NCBI GenBank assembly: GCA_021432655.1
Contig: MU271606.1
Coordinates: 1 to 40,082, forward strand
From: Atractiella rhizophila
Taxonomy: Eukaryota
Length of the DNA: 40,082 bases
Reading direction: 5' to 3'
The translations under genes and the position numbers were made by a program. Shown here piece by piece: positions 26,215 to 38,819 of the stretch. A model generated the notes under the pieces. The model was not told the DNA's origin and made no database searches. It saw only the letters and a list, made by a program, of their open reading frames with translations. Positions within the stretch are counted from its first letter, which is position 1. Each line of letters starts with the position of its first letter.

Positions 26215-27798
26215 GCTGGAGGCTGGGTACTGGAAAGAGAAGAAAGGAGGAAGATGGGACGTGAATCCCAAAGAAGGAGGGAGTCGTGTGATGGGATTCG
26301 AAAGAAGGGGACAAAAGAAAAATGGGGGCGGGATCGCCTTTTATATCGGTAGCTTCCGCATTTCGGAATTAGAAGGTTTGGCGGCTGCATTTGCCCCTTG
26401 CAACAGTTGGCAAGAGTCTTTGCATACCTTTTCTGGGCACTTCGCCTTCACTTGAGCGTGCGGACGAGTTAGTCGAGGTATCATCCATTGTATGGCAACT
26501 TAAGCTGTGTGTATCTGCAGTCGCAAGTGACGGACTCCGCGAGATTACCCGCCTACCATGCATCACGTACATACAAAGGAGCGCTTAAATCTGTCCAGAT
26601 TTCAGATTACTGACAGTGGGGAGGTTTTCCCGCGGAGGACGTACTCCCGGAGTGCTTGTCTGCATGGCAAAGCCATCGCCAATCATAGCTCGGATGACAG
26701 GGGACCATCGAAGCAGCATCGTCAGCACCATTTTGAGGGGAAAACGAACCAATTATATCAAAAACCTACATAGCATGCCCACTTTACGTAGTTCTGTCCA
26801 GCCTTTCCGCCCCAGGCGGTTACAAACGGACATGAAAGCTTGAGGGGCGGGCATGAATCTCTTCGAATGACTGAGGTCAAAATGTGCATGCGTCCTTGCC
26901 CTGAAGGCGCACCGTGACGCGTGAAGAAATACATGTTGCGGCAGACCACACTAACTTGAATGAATCTGTAGTCAGAAACTCCTTTCCTGAAGCAAAGAAT
27001 TGTAGGAGAAGCCTGAGGAGAAGCGATATCAATCCCGAGTCTTAATGTGGCAAGAAAGTGAGAACAACATTTTATGATTTCCGGTGTTGATTTCACCGTA
27101 TTTCTTTCATTTTTTGCTTCAAACAGACTGATACTCACCTTTGATCCGCTCCTCTACTTATCCTCTAATTGTCTGCAACTCAACATCCTGGACTTGTCTT
27201 CTGAAACATGGTTTACTCTTGTAAGTGACATATAGAGCAAATCTTCGTTAGCCATGGTCAGCAGTCACGGTGGACAATTTCAAAGAGGCAGACTGAATCT
27301 TTTCAGCACGTGAACTCGAACGCAACAAGCGCTGGAGTGAGGCTGGAGCTTTGACATATTGACGGTTTCCCCCGTACAACCAGGGCCACAGTGACGCGGA
27401 TTAGGGGATGCAAAGGCCGAAAAGATTCCTGTGAGTCGGCCAGTCACTAACGTTGTCGTGGCCGTGTATTGTCGAAGATATACGAGCCTTGATCTCCTTA
27501 CCACTCGAAACAACTCGAAGTCCAAAGAAGAGACGTAAGGTATCTGGCTGGATGTATTGTCAAGGATTGTGAGTTTCTGGCTAATCGGAAATGATCCATA
27601 TGATCCATGATCATGGATGACGGTTTCGTGAGCATGGAAATATGCAAGATCCATGCATCCATCATGTTCTCAGCTTTGAATTTCCACTTTCCAATAGAGG
27701 ACTTCAGTATTCGTGCCACTAACAAAGCTTTAGGTAGTATTAATCAGATAACTTTGAGGAGACCTCCCGAACAGAACAATACATCGTCTTTGAGCATT

Positions 27799-29160
27799 AT
27801 GGCGGGTACTTATTTCAACTTTTTTGGCCTGCCTTCCGAAGTCCAGCTTTTGATAATCGGAACGCTCGCGCAATTGTCACCCTCAGGCACTAGCGAGAGT
27901 TACCTCAAGATTGCCTCGAGAATTTCTAAGCAAATGCGACGGCTTGTTGTGGGGATCCTATTTCGCAAACTCAGAATGCCAGCGCCGCATTCTTTGCTTC
28001 TCTCCCCTACGGAAATATGTCTGGAAGACCAGCCGACAGATCCTGAAACCCTCCCTACAATGCATCTATCCGCTGTCCAATCTATACACATCGCTTTTGA
28101 ACCAGCCGCCACTCTTCCTCACAGCGCCGGGTCACAGTCTCTCGAAAGTAGCTTGACTGCATACTTCGCGAACCTTCATCAACTGATGATAACCATATAT
28201 CTCCACTCAAAACCAACGAACTTGACTTTAACTCTGGACAGAACTAGCTTCAATGATGAGGTGTCTGAAGCGAAAGGGTCTTTCGACCTATCGTCAAGAT
28301 TTACAGACCTCTTTCGGACTCTCTCTGCTGTTTGCCACGAACAGCTTCACCTCAGTGTTCACTACAAGACCTCTGCTTACGTTTTCCCCTTGACGAAATT
28401 GGACGGCCTCGAGATTGATGTTCTGCACATAACGAACCTTTGTGTGGAGCTAAACGGTCTGGAAAAGGAACTGTTCAATGCTCTGGCATCTCTAAAACCA
28501 CTGGTCGAGTTGGAATTTTGTGTTCAAGCATTTCGGTTTACCTCCGCAACTTTGCTTAGCAACTTTTCCGCGCTAAAGTCTTTGACCATTCGGCAATACC
28601 AGCGGTTCCTCACCCATGACAGCCCCTTTCTGTTTAACCACATCGTCGCCATTCTGCGGACCTGCTCGAGTACCATCGAAAAGTTCGAGCTGGACCTCCC
28701 TCTAGACGAACATGCGACCAATGGCCTGCCGCTGTTTGATAAATTGGACTTTCCCTGTCTGAGTCACCTAGATATCGGCAACAGTTTTGAAACTTTCTAT
28801 CCAGTAGAGCTCAAAGCCTTTTTAATCGCTCTCTCCACTTGTCCGATCCGCTCTCTAGCTCTCAACGTGGGGAGACTTGTGCCCGAAATTGTCGACAGGA
28901 TCGTCCAAGAAACTGTTTACCAGTCAAACTTCGCTGCCCTCTTTGTGGACACTATTTCCGAAGAACGGAAGAAAGGAAGTTGGGTATATTTGCAAGAACT
29001 TTGGATTCCAGTGCCAGATGCTGCAACCTGCTTTCGAACGCTTCATACCCAACAGCAAATCATACAGTTGGCAAAAGGCGGAGTTCACATTATCGTCCAA
29101 AATGCTCAGAAGCAATGGGTGGAACTGGACTACAGTTTACTCCAACCGTTCCCTACTTGA
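27799..29160 (+). CDS. F-box-like / LRR-like protein, intronless (the ORF is open from 27607)
   Basis: Uninterrupted 517-codon ORF. The likely start is MAGTYFNFFGLPSEVQLLII, an F-box-type LPxE motif, followed by SRISKQMRRLV...LFRKL and leucine-repeat-like segments FSALKSLTI, FPCLSHLDI and LQELWI. Confidence 0.65.
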   Translation: MAGTYFNFFGLPSEVQLLIIGTLAQLSPSGTSESYLKIASRISKQMRRLVVGILFRKLRMPAPHSLLLSPTEICLEDQPTDPETLPTMHLSAVQSIHIAFEPAATLPHSAGSQSLESSLTAYFANLHQLMITIYLHSKPTNLTLTLDRTSFNDEVSEAKGSFDLSSRFTDLFRTLSAVCHEQLHLSVHYKTSAYVFPLTKLDGLEIDVLHITNLCVELNGLEKELFNALASLKPLVELEFCVQAFRFTSATLLSNFSALKSLTIRQYQRFLTHDSPFLFNHIVAILRTCSSTIEKFELDLPLDEHATNGLPLFDKLDFPCLSHLDIGNSFETFYPVELKAFLIALSTCPIRSLALNVGRLVPEIVDRIVQETVYQSNFAALFVDTISEERKKGSWVYLQELWIPVPDAATCFRTLHTQQQIIQLAKGGVHIIVQNAQKQWVELDYSLLQPFPT

Positions 29161-30010
29161 ACTCGGTCGGCGAGTGTTGAGCTTTTTCAACCCTCACAAG
29201 CTCACTTTCGATATGAATGAGTACGAAGTGTATAATTACATTTAGGGATCTTTTGGAAGATGGTGAATCGGGCCGAAACATTAGATGAATGTCCAACAAA
29301 TGCATGCCATGCTTCATATCGCCTTCACGCCAATGTTAACCAGTTCTCTCACGAGGACGTTCCACGCCAGGGTATTTGCCTAGCCCAAGCATGATGGTCA
29401 GTTCCCAGAAGCTCTTCAAGCTCCAGTGAAGTTGACTTCGAGTTGCTCTCGTCCTCCTTCTTTGGCTTGGCAGCTACCCCTTCGGAAAGTGTGCCATTGC
29501 TTGGTGAATACTTCAGAGCGGAACATTATCCGTCGAAGCAACGTTGCAATCAGGTGCTTGGTCGTGGGGGACATTCCGTCAACCCGTCCGTTGACACGCG
29601 CCTCATCCCACAAATCCCACTTGTCAGGGAGATAGATCCAAGGCTAAGGATGTGGGCTGATGGGGTTCGATATCGTTAGATCGCCTGTTATCACATCCAT
29701 TGAGCTGCAGACGATTGGTCGATGTACGTCCTAGTCCGATTCAGCCTGCTGATCTTCCAGAGCACACTCTACAATTTATCGCCTTCGGTAACTGGAGGGG
29801 GAAATCGGATTCTACAAGTCTCATTTTTTGGTCGAATGGGATGAGCGAATTGTGCGTGGACAATCTTGGAAGAAGGCACAAGAGCTGTTAGTATGCCAAC
29901 CTAGAATCCCCAGCAAGGGAGGCTTGATTTAAAAGTCCTCTTTTACGGTTGTTCTCTGCAGGTCGCCACTGTCGCCCCTCCACAGCTTCAGTAATCAAAA
30001 CTCGATTGAG

Positions 30011-31050
30011 ATGCGTTCCTCTGTGGTGCTCTTGCTCGCTGCCGTCTCCAGCGTTTCGGCGCATATGTGCATCAACACCCGTTTGTCACCTTTCCTGTTC
30101 CTAATCTCTATTTGTAGAGGCTGAAAGATGTCATTGAACTCTCCAGCAAAACCTTTGAGGCACCCCGACAACCCATACACCACAATAAAGGACTACGACC
30201 TAATTTCTCCCTTGAAGGCAGATGGTTCAAACTTTCCTTGTCGTGGATATCAATCTGATTTAGGCACAACGGCTGGAACGCCTACTGGATCATTCACTCC
30301 GTCAGCTTTATTCCTCCAATGTATTGATATTAACTGATGCCGGGTTGACTATGCGTTACGCAGCGGAGCCGTGAGCAGCCTCACCCTCCAAGGATCTGTG
30401 TGCCACCAAGGGGGATCATGTCAGATATCCCTCTCATTCGACCAAGGAAAGACGTTCAGAGTCTGTCCTCTCGTTTCTGTCACTAAGTCTCCTTTGCCAA
30501 GCTCAGGCATTGCTTCGGGACTAGGTCATTAAATCGTATATTGGCAACTGCTGCCGTGTCACGGCGTCAGGGGACCAGTGTGACGCGAACCAAACGTACC
30601 AGTTCACCATTCCGAGCGGTACGAAAGCTGGCACTGTGCTGCTCAGCTGGAGCTGGTTCAATGAGATTGGGAACCGCGGTCCGTTTTTTTTCTCCTCACG
30701 TCAAGTTTTCTGACCTTGATACATGTGTACAGAGATGTATCAGTCTTGCGCTGCCATCACGGTGACGGGGAGTGGGACATCGACTTTAACTTCCTATCCC
30801 AACATGGTGTGTTCTTTCTTCAATCGGGAATGAGTGTTGAATATTGAATCTGTACAGTTCGTCGCACACGTCAATAATGGATGTTCCATTGTTGAGGGGA
30901 GAGACGTCGTCTTTCCCCATCCAGGAACAGACGTTACTTATGGCGCCGCAACTGTGAGCTTTTCCCAATTTCTCTGCCCTTGTAATAATGAACACGATCT
31001 ATTGGCGAACATAGGCTAAGCAAGGTCCTCCCACTGGGAATTGTGGTTAA
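30011..31050 (+). CDS. AA11-family lytic polysaccharide monooxygenase, secreted, 7 exons
   Basis: Signal peptide MRSSVVLLLAAVSSVSA then His1 (HMCINT/PKPLR), SPLKADGSNFPCRGY, GSVCHQGGSCQISLSFD (second His), VIKSYIGNC, WSWFNEIGNR/EMYQSCA (axial Tyr) and VVFPHPG. Confidence 0.9.
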
Positions 31051-31396
31051 ACAGGCTTTCAACTTTGCCTTCCAGGTTTCGTCAAAGGGGTTCAAGGGAC
31101 GCAGTTGGAAATAAATGTTTCATGTAACGATTTTGTATGTGAAAAGGCAAGGGAAAAAGGGTAACTTGAGTTTTCACTGTTCTCATAAGCTTTATTCAAG
31201 CTGTACATTTAGCGAGCCGGAAGCTCTGAGTTGTGAAATAAGGTGGAATCTAACAATTTTCTGTAGTCAAAGCTTGGCCAAAAGAAAGAGGAAAAAATCC
31301 AAATGTTATCATAAGCACGTGGAAATCCGAATGGGAATGTTTGGTTGTTAATCTTGTTAACATTTGTTCGGTTTGGTTCCGATCTCGACTTCCACC

Positions 31397-32807
31397 ATGT
31401 CACTCATCCCTTTATCTTTCGCGAGGCCAGGACGCGCATCTGCTTCTCGCTTGGCTTTGACGTTCCAACGGACCATTACTACTCGTCACACTCCCTGCCT
31501 CGCCTTCGCCTTCCCGTCCTCTTCTTTGGGGGCAAGACATCACGTTCTCCCTCCACCCTCCTCACCCCTGAACATTTTCGCACGAGGACGCAATAAGCAA
31601 TCAACAACCAGGATATTCCATACTTCCTCCCTGCTTTTCAACCGGCCATTCGACGTTCGAAAACCCTCCCCTCCACCGACATCAACACCAGAACCGACTC
31701 ATACTTCCCCACAGGGTTCACAGTTTTTTGAGAGCCCACTCATCCCTAGGAGCTCGATATGGCAGGACTCACGTCGTGAAGAGGCAAGAGAAGAGGGTAA
31801 GAGAACAAGTCGGACAGGAAGAATCGTGTTGACCAGCGTGTTCACTGTGGTTTTACCGCTTTGTGTAGGGACTTCTTTTTCCTTTAAACTTGAACTTGGA
31901 GCCTGAAGATGATAGACTGATTCATTGATGTTGCAGATATTTGGATATGAAAACTACTGCATGCTTTCGAATACAGAACTCGATCGACGGTGGGTGGAAA
32001 TCACTTCAGTGAGCGGACACGAGGACGCTATTTCCAAAGGGGAGTAGTATGTCTTCTCTCCTTCGACTTCACGGGATTCATTGCTGACTCCTTTGGCATT
32101 GGAATTGGGGGAAAAAAGCTATAAGCTAGTTCCCTCTCTCTTTGCACCAGATCCCTTCCCATTGAACCTCGTCGTCATGGCATTATACACCATCCCGTTC
32201 ATGAGCGCCATGTCTCAAGTGGCCCCATTCCTCTCTCTCACCGCTTACGTGTCCACCGTACGTCTGTCCTTCTTCCCGCCTTATCTCCAAACCACGTCCA
32301 CCTCTACATAATGGACTGACATTCAACTCGATCTTTCAGGCGGCCGCCGGTCTCTACGTTTCGCGCCAAACGCGTCAATCGCTCTCCTTGAGCTCCCCCT
32401 TCGACGAAAGGACCTACGGTTGGTCGTTTGCTGTGGGGGGGTGTCTGGCAGTGTCAACGGTTCTTCATCCGATGAGTAACATCTTTGGAGCGGCCAAGTT
32501 CTACGTCCCACTTTGGTCGCTGTTGGCGTTGATCGCAGGGAGCGAGTGGGCCACTACGCAGATGGATCCCGTACGTTATGGTTCCCTCCTCTTTTGAGAG
32601 TTTGCGGTCTCCAGCTTCCTCCTCCGCTGATTTTCTGCTTGTTGGATTATAGTACCATGAACCCCATGCTAACGGTTCGTCTTCCTTTCTTCCTCCGAAT
32701 GACGTGTGGCCAATGAACGCACAGGTACATATGCCTCCATCCTCGCTGGATTGCTTTGGGGAGCGGGACTGAGGGTCGGGATGAGGATGATGAAGAGGCC
32801 ACGATGA
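31397..32807 (+). CDS. Membrane protein with a mitochondrial-type presequence; rhomboid-like, probably catalytically inactive
   Basis: Arg/Ser-rich, acid-free N-terminus with RIFHTSS. The spliced model has about 6 hydrophobic segments with GEY/YKLVPSLFA, TYGWSFAVGG and GTYASILAGLLWG. Gene support is good; the family call is an inference. Confidence 0.6.
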
Positions 32808-33210
32808 AGCATCTAGAAGACTGTGCTTCCTAATGATATAACTACCCTTATAATTGCTCCCCGTTACAATGAGTATGCCTCCACAATGAGTTGATGCAAC
32901 TTTAATTTTTACTATCCAAAATCTTATCTGTTGGTTCTCTGAACAATGTGTGGTCGTGTCGACCAGTCTCTAGTAAGAATTGCTTGCTCCGTCTTGCAGT
33001 CTCCGTCTAGGTCGATTCTCTCTCTTCCTCTACCAGGGTGAATTTAGGCGCTGTAACATTCAAATATTTTGATGTGTCCGCCCCGTCCGGCACGACATTA
33101 CCCGTTGATCTTGGGCTAGTCCCTCTCCCTTGAACACGTTCTCATTGGCTTGGTCCTTCTAGCCACAGCATACAACGCAGAGTGTCAGTGCGCGAGGAGA
33201 GCAAGCGAGA

Positions 33211-36200
33211 ATGTCAGCAAACGGTCAGGCGCGGCGCGGTGGCAATGGGGATGGCGAGAACGAGTCCTTCTTCAAGACGCTGGTCAAACAGCTTCCCTTG
33301 ATGGTTAGTCCTCCTCCTTTCCAGCATATGTGCAAGTTAGTTACCGATGAGGTGTAGATAGGAATGTGGATGCTCACCAACTTCCTCACCAAACAATTCC
33401 TCCCCCAACCCACGCCACAATCTAGCTCTCCTGACGTTGCAAACTCTCCTAACAGCCCAGGAGACCCCTCCGCGCTAACGCCGCAGGGAAAACCCAAGTT
33501 TGAGGTCTTCCCGGCTTGGCCGCTGGGAACAGAGCTCGATTTGTTTTTGGATCTCAGGACGGGAGAGGGCCAAAAGGTCCAGATGGATGGTGAATGGGTG
33601 AAGGGAGCTCACGAGGGAAAGATTAAATTTGGGGAGTGGGGGTGGGAGAGGACGTGGGAAGGGAGTTGGAAGGTGCCTAAGGTACGTACTTGGTTTGAGG
33701 CGGTTCATTCGGAATGTTGGTTGGTTGTGTTGCTCGTACCACGAGTTTGCGGTGAGAGAGGCTATTCTCCTGCCTCATTTCTGAGATTGCAGCGCAGGCG
33801 TAGAGCAGCTGGCGTATAAATTTCTCTTAGAAAGAGGAGAATGTGGACTTTTAATGGCGCAATTAAGGGATCGCGGGAGTGCGGAATGAAGTCGAAAAGT
33901 GGTGTCTTCATTCTCTTTTGTAACTGAGGTGAATCATGTCCTCGTTCGCATTCGAGAACGCAGCAACCTTTTTCCATTGCAGGCTGGGAAATTTTAAAGA
34001 CCAGGCGGAGAGGTGAAACATGGAGGGTCCCGCCTCGTATTGCATTTTACTTTTCGGGCACTCTAACATCGTCCTAATTACTAGAGCATTGAAAGACCTC
34101 AGGGTTATCTCTTCAGGATCCTGGCATTGTACTGCACTTGAGAGATTCGCTTTTTTCTCTCATACTCGAACGTCCTTCGTTCCCAACGAGGAGGGAGAAA
34201 GAAGGTGGAGCCATATCGTTTTTGGTCGACTGAGAGTCGCCACGCAACTTTTATTAAAGACACAAAGCGCCACCATCTATCCCCGGGATCTTTGGCTAGC
34301 GTCGTGCTCTCGATCGGTGTGGCGTTTTTATATGATTTCGGGTTCGGCTCCTTATAGGGTTGCATCAGTGCTTTCGACCTCTTGAACTTGGCTGCCCTAA
34401 ACCATGTTCCTTTCAAAGGTTCACCCGGTTTCATAACGGCCTGTGTGCTGCGTGGTGATGTCCGTATTCATCTTGGTGTGTGCAAAAAGATGCACTTTCT
34501 CCTTCAGCTTTGCCCACTCCTTCTTGGTTTACGCTTTCAATGTCAAAGACGGATACTGACAGATGAAGCGAAAGCTCGCTCGACCTGAGTTACAATCTGC
34601 CAATTTCTGTGAGCCAATAGAGCCGCGGACTACTTCCCGTTTTATGTACCTTGTTGTTTCCTCCTCCCGTTAGATGTAGAAGGGAAGGAGGAGTAACACC
34701 TTCGGACCTGTTCCATTCAGGTCTAACTCTTTTCTCAAAACAGTCTGTCCAACACAACTCCTCCCTTTCCCTCGACATCTACCTCGTCCGTAATGGGATA
34801 CCTCTCCACACTACACCTACGGGAGCTCCAGCCTGGCAACCATCGGATGTTTCATTTCGGCAAAAGTTACTCACACGCTTCCATCCCTTGAAGCGGGAGA
34901 GGAAGACGCATAATCTGTTTTCTGGCACTGAGAAGGAAGAGGAGATGGAGGTGGGACATTTCTTTCTACACTCGGAGCGAGATTTTGACTGGAAGCGAAG
35001 GAAGAATCGCAGGGACCGCCGCCGATCATCAGTTATTATCACCCCAACCTGACTCTCGCACTCGTCTCCGAAGCTAATATGTTAGACCTCTACTCCCTGC
35101 CGGCGATTCTGAGCCGCCGTTAGTCCTCCATTCCTTTCATCGGAAAGTTCATTTGATTCTCGAACCCTCCGTGAAGACGTATCCGTCGTTCCTGCTCCTG
35201 AAGGGACACAGAGGAAGGAATACTACCCCATCGTGTTCCCAAACGATTTTTGGCTCATGAAAGGTGCTATGGAACCTATCAATGAGACCATCTCGTGTGT
35301 CCCTTTATCACTTCTTCAATGCTTAAACATTGATGCTGGAAATGGGTTCTAGTGAGCTCCCTTTGAGGATCACGGTGCATCCCACTTCTTGGTTCAAGTT
35401 TCAGGTACATCATAACGATACCCGAGCAAAAAGACAGAGAGTTGATCTTTACCTGTCCGGTGATAGATGTATGCGTCTTTTCAGGAGTCTTTCGATCGAC
35501 AAGCCGAGCAGTCATCAAGTGGCACGAGTGAGCTGGACGAGATCAAACGAATGTTGATCGAGACCAACCCACTCTTGCTCGGGACTACTATTGTCGTCAG
35601 TATCCTGCATTCTTTGTAGGTTCTCCTGTCCTCATTGAGCGCTGCTGACATTGAGACTGGAAAGGTTTGAATTCTTGGCGTTCAAGAATGGTATGTTCTG
35701 AATCATCCAGGCTGGCAAACGTAACAAGGCATTGTTTGGGACAGATATTGTGCACTGGAGGAATAAGAAGGAGCTTGTTGGTGTGTCCGTCCGGACGATT
35801 ATCACAAACGTCGTTGTGCAGTGGGTGTCTCCACCTCTGCAGTTTAGGAATTGGATTGATTGACACGCGACCAGACTGATCATCCTGCTCTATCTTGTGG
35901 ACAACAACGAGAACACGTCGTGGATGATTCTTGCGTTCGCCGCCTTCCATTCATTTATAGCCTAATAAGCTTATTAAATGTCGTGCAGTGGGCAAGGCTT
36001 CGGACTCGTCATCGAAGCATGGAAGATCACCAAAGCCGTTTCTATCAAGGTGGTACCTTCTCCTCCTGGCTCCGTGCTACCATGGAAGCTAGACATACAA
36101 GACCGACATGTCTTGAGTGAAGAAGAAAAGAAGACTCAAGAGTATGATGCCCTCGCGTTCAAGTATGTGTCGTGGGTGGCAGGACCGGCTTTGGTCGGAT

Positions 36201-36813
36201 ATACCATCTATTCGCTCATTGCAGAATCGCACAGGGGATGGTTCGTTATTCACTTTACCTCTATGCGGAAGGGAATTCACATTATGCGTGTTGCAGGTAC
36301 TCGTTCATCATTTCAACACTTACCTCCTACGTCTATGCCTTTGGCTTTGTGCAGTATGTTCCCCTTCCACTTTACCTGCGTTGCTCACAGCAGCACTTGA
36401 ACAGGCTTATTCCACAGTTAATCATCAACTATAAACTCAAATCTGTGGCACATATGCCAATGAGAACCTTTACATACAAATTCCTCAACACGATCGTAGA
36501 CGACTGTAAGTTTTCGCAAATGTTCGAGGCCATGATCTGAAATGTGTCTCTTGTGGTGCAGTCTTCAGTTTCGTCATAAAAATGCCGCTACTACACCGGC
36601 TAGCTTGCTTTCGAGATGACATTGTCTTCCTCATGTACGTCTCTATTTCAACAGCCTGAACATTTGAACTAATCTGCGGAAAGTTTGATATACCAATCCT
36701 TCATCTACAAAGTGGATTACACGAGGGCGAACGAGTTTGGACAAGTTGGTGAGGGTTCAAAGGAAGCGATGGAGTCGAAAGATGAGAAGGGTGAGAGTAA
36801 GAAGGACCGTTAG
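33211..36813 (+). CDS. CLPTM1 (cleft lip and palate transmembrane 1) family protein, multi-exon
   Basis: SVQHNSSLSLDIYL, YYPIVFPNDFWL, ELDEIKRMLIETNP, FEFLAFKN, IEAWKITKA, EEKKTQEYDALAFKY, PQLIINYKLKSVAHMP, YKFLNTIVDD, KMPLLHRLACFRDD and YKVDYTRANEFGQ. Confidence 0.95.
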
Positions 36814-37162
36814 TTACTGAGTAGGAAGCAGACTGAGATAGATAAAAGTATCATCAATGTAATGTTGCATCCTCAAAAGAAGACGGACCAAGTTGTTGAG
36901 GTAACTTGTATGACGGATGTTGCAGTAAGGAGCTGACGCACTTCATCATTACAGAGCGATATTGCCAAACGGAAGGCGAGAAGTTTTTTCACAATCTTGT
37001 AGAGGGATATATCATTGTCAAGCGTTCAGATGTTTGTTCGGTCGGACGTTAAACTTGAAATTACTGATCGTAAGACAAAACTTGCTAGTACAAAAATCTC
37101 GAAGGATGAAGTAAAGACGGTAAACAAAATCCACTCGGTAACACTCATTTTACGTATTTGGC

Positions 37163-38366
37163 TCATTCGACCCTCTCCCCATCGCCTTCCTCTTCCTCTT
37201 CAATTCCTTCCTCTTCATCGTCATCCAATGCTTCTTCGTCCACATCATCCCCTTCCTCCAGTCCATCAACAGTTGTCGATTTCTGTTTTGCACTTTTCCC
37301 TTGCCTACCGCCAGAATTTCGCCTGATGATCAGCTTCACACCTTGTTTCGCCAGAGCCTACACCCCCAAAATGGACGAACGATCCCAAAATTCAAAGGAC
37401 GAACCTTTGTGAGGACTGTATAAGTGGAATGACTCATCCTTAGATTGAATTTTCCATCGCAGAAAAGGGAAGGACGAACGAGTCGAGCTTTTCATTCCGG
37501 GAAAAGTGAGATGAGAGAATACCCTGAATGCTTGCGAATGTACCCTGGACAGTGGAGGATGGACGCCATTCTCTTCCGCCCTGTTCCCCCCAGGAGTTTT
37601 GAGCAGGGCAAATGAGTGATCTCGAGTTGTAGATCACGTTGAAAGGTCAACCAAAGTGAAGCGGATAGAAAACACGCCTTCTGCTCGCACGGCTAGATCA
37701 GAGCTTTCATTTTAAGGAAACACAGATGAGTAACCAAACTAGATTGGAAGGAGACAATGCTCACAAAACGAACATGAAGCCGTATTCCCCATATGCGTCC
37801 TTCAATCGTTTCCCCGGCACTGTGAGGCTCCCTAGAAAGTTTTTGATAGGTCTTTGTGGAGCATCGCTTGTTCTTGCTGCTGCAGAAGTAGGAGGGAATA
37901 TGTGGTTTTGTTGCTGAGGCTCCGACCCAGTACTGGAGCTTGAGCCTTCTGTCGAACCAGAAGGCGAGGCGGGTGGACTGAAGAGCTCAGCATGACAGAA
38001 GAGGGTATCACTTTCAACGGTGCTAGACAAAAATGCTTCTGTCAGCAGAGCTTGTAGTGAATTGGGAAGGCGAATGGGGAACAACTGATGAGGCACACGA
38101 GGAACACAAACTTGTCGGGTAGCACATTTCCCTTCTCATCTTTCATCCTGACGATTACAACGGGGGGAGGATCAACTGGCCTCCTATCCTTCTCTCCGAA
38201 GCCAGTCTGACGAGCTACTCATTCGATATCAGTAAACCATAATTTGGTGCATTTTTTTGGAGACTGGCGCAGAGTCAAACATTGACCAAGATCGTGGCGC
38301 AATCAAGACAGGCTAATACACACCTTGGAGAGGCTGCTGAAGGATTTCAAGTTCGAAAGAACTCAT
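37163..38366 (-). CDS. Velvet-domain regulator (velvet family), multi-exon, acidic C-terminal tail; start uncertain
   Basis: FELEILQQPLQ/ARQTGFGEKDRRPVDPPPVV, FCHAEL, NFLGSL...RLKDAYGEYGFMFVF/SDLAVRAEGVFSIRF and FRVFSHLTFPGMKSST/LLTK/ALAKQGVKLIIR reproduce the velvet consensus blocks in order. Confidence 0.9.
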
Positions 38367-38819
38367 GCACTGGCACCGCACTCGAATCCAACGTCTTCAT
38401 AGGAAAATACGAGAGCCTTTGCGGCCAAAAAGTCCAATCAGGACGTGGAAGGAATGCAAGGGCGTTTTCTGCGATCTCCAGTTGAAATTAGGGCGCGGAA
38501 AGGGGCATTCTGGGGTATCAGGGAAGCTCAGGTTGCGCGGAATGGGAACTGCCACGCTTTATGACGCTCGAATGACATCTGAACTGGTTGGACTTGCATA
38601 CGGCTGAGCGACGGCTACAGGACGGAGACGAGTTTTAGTCCCAGAACAAAGGAGACGTGTGGGTTCGTCGCCTAACATCATCACTAGACGGCGTTTATGG
38701 TTGAATGTTTCATGGAGACGATGGTTAGCATTCTAGGCGAAATGGGCATTTTACATTCATACTGGCGAGCATTGGTGGCTGTTCGTGGCCTCGAATCGAA
38801 CCAATCCCGAGTCTTGTTA

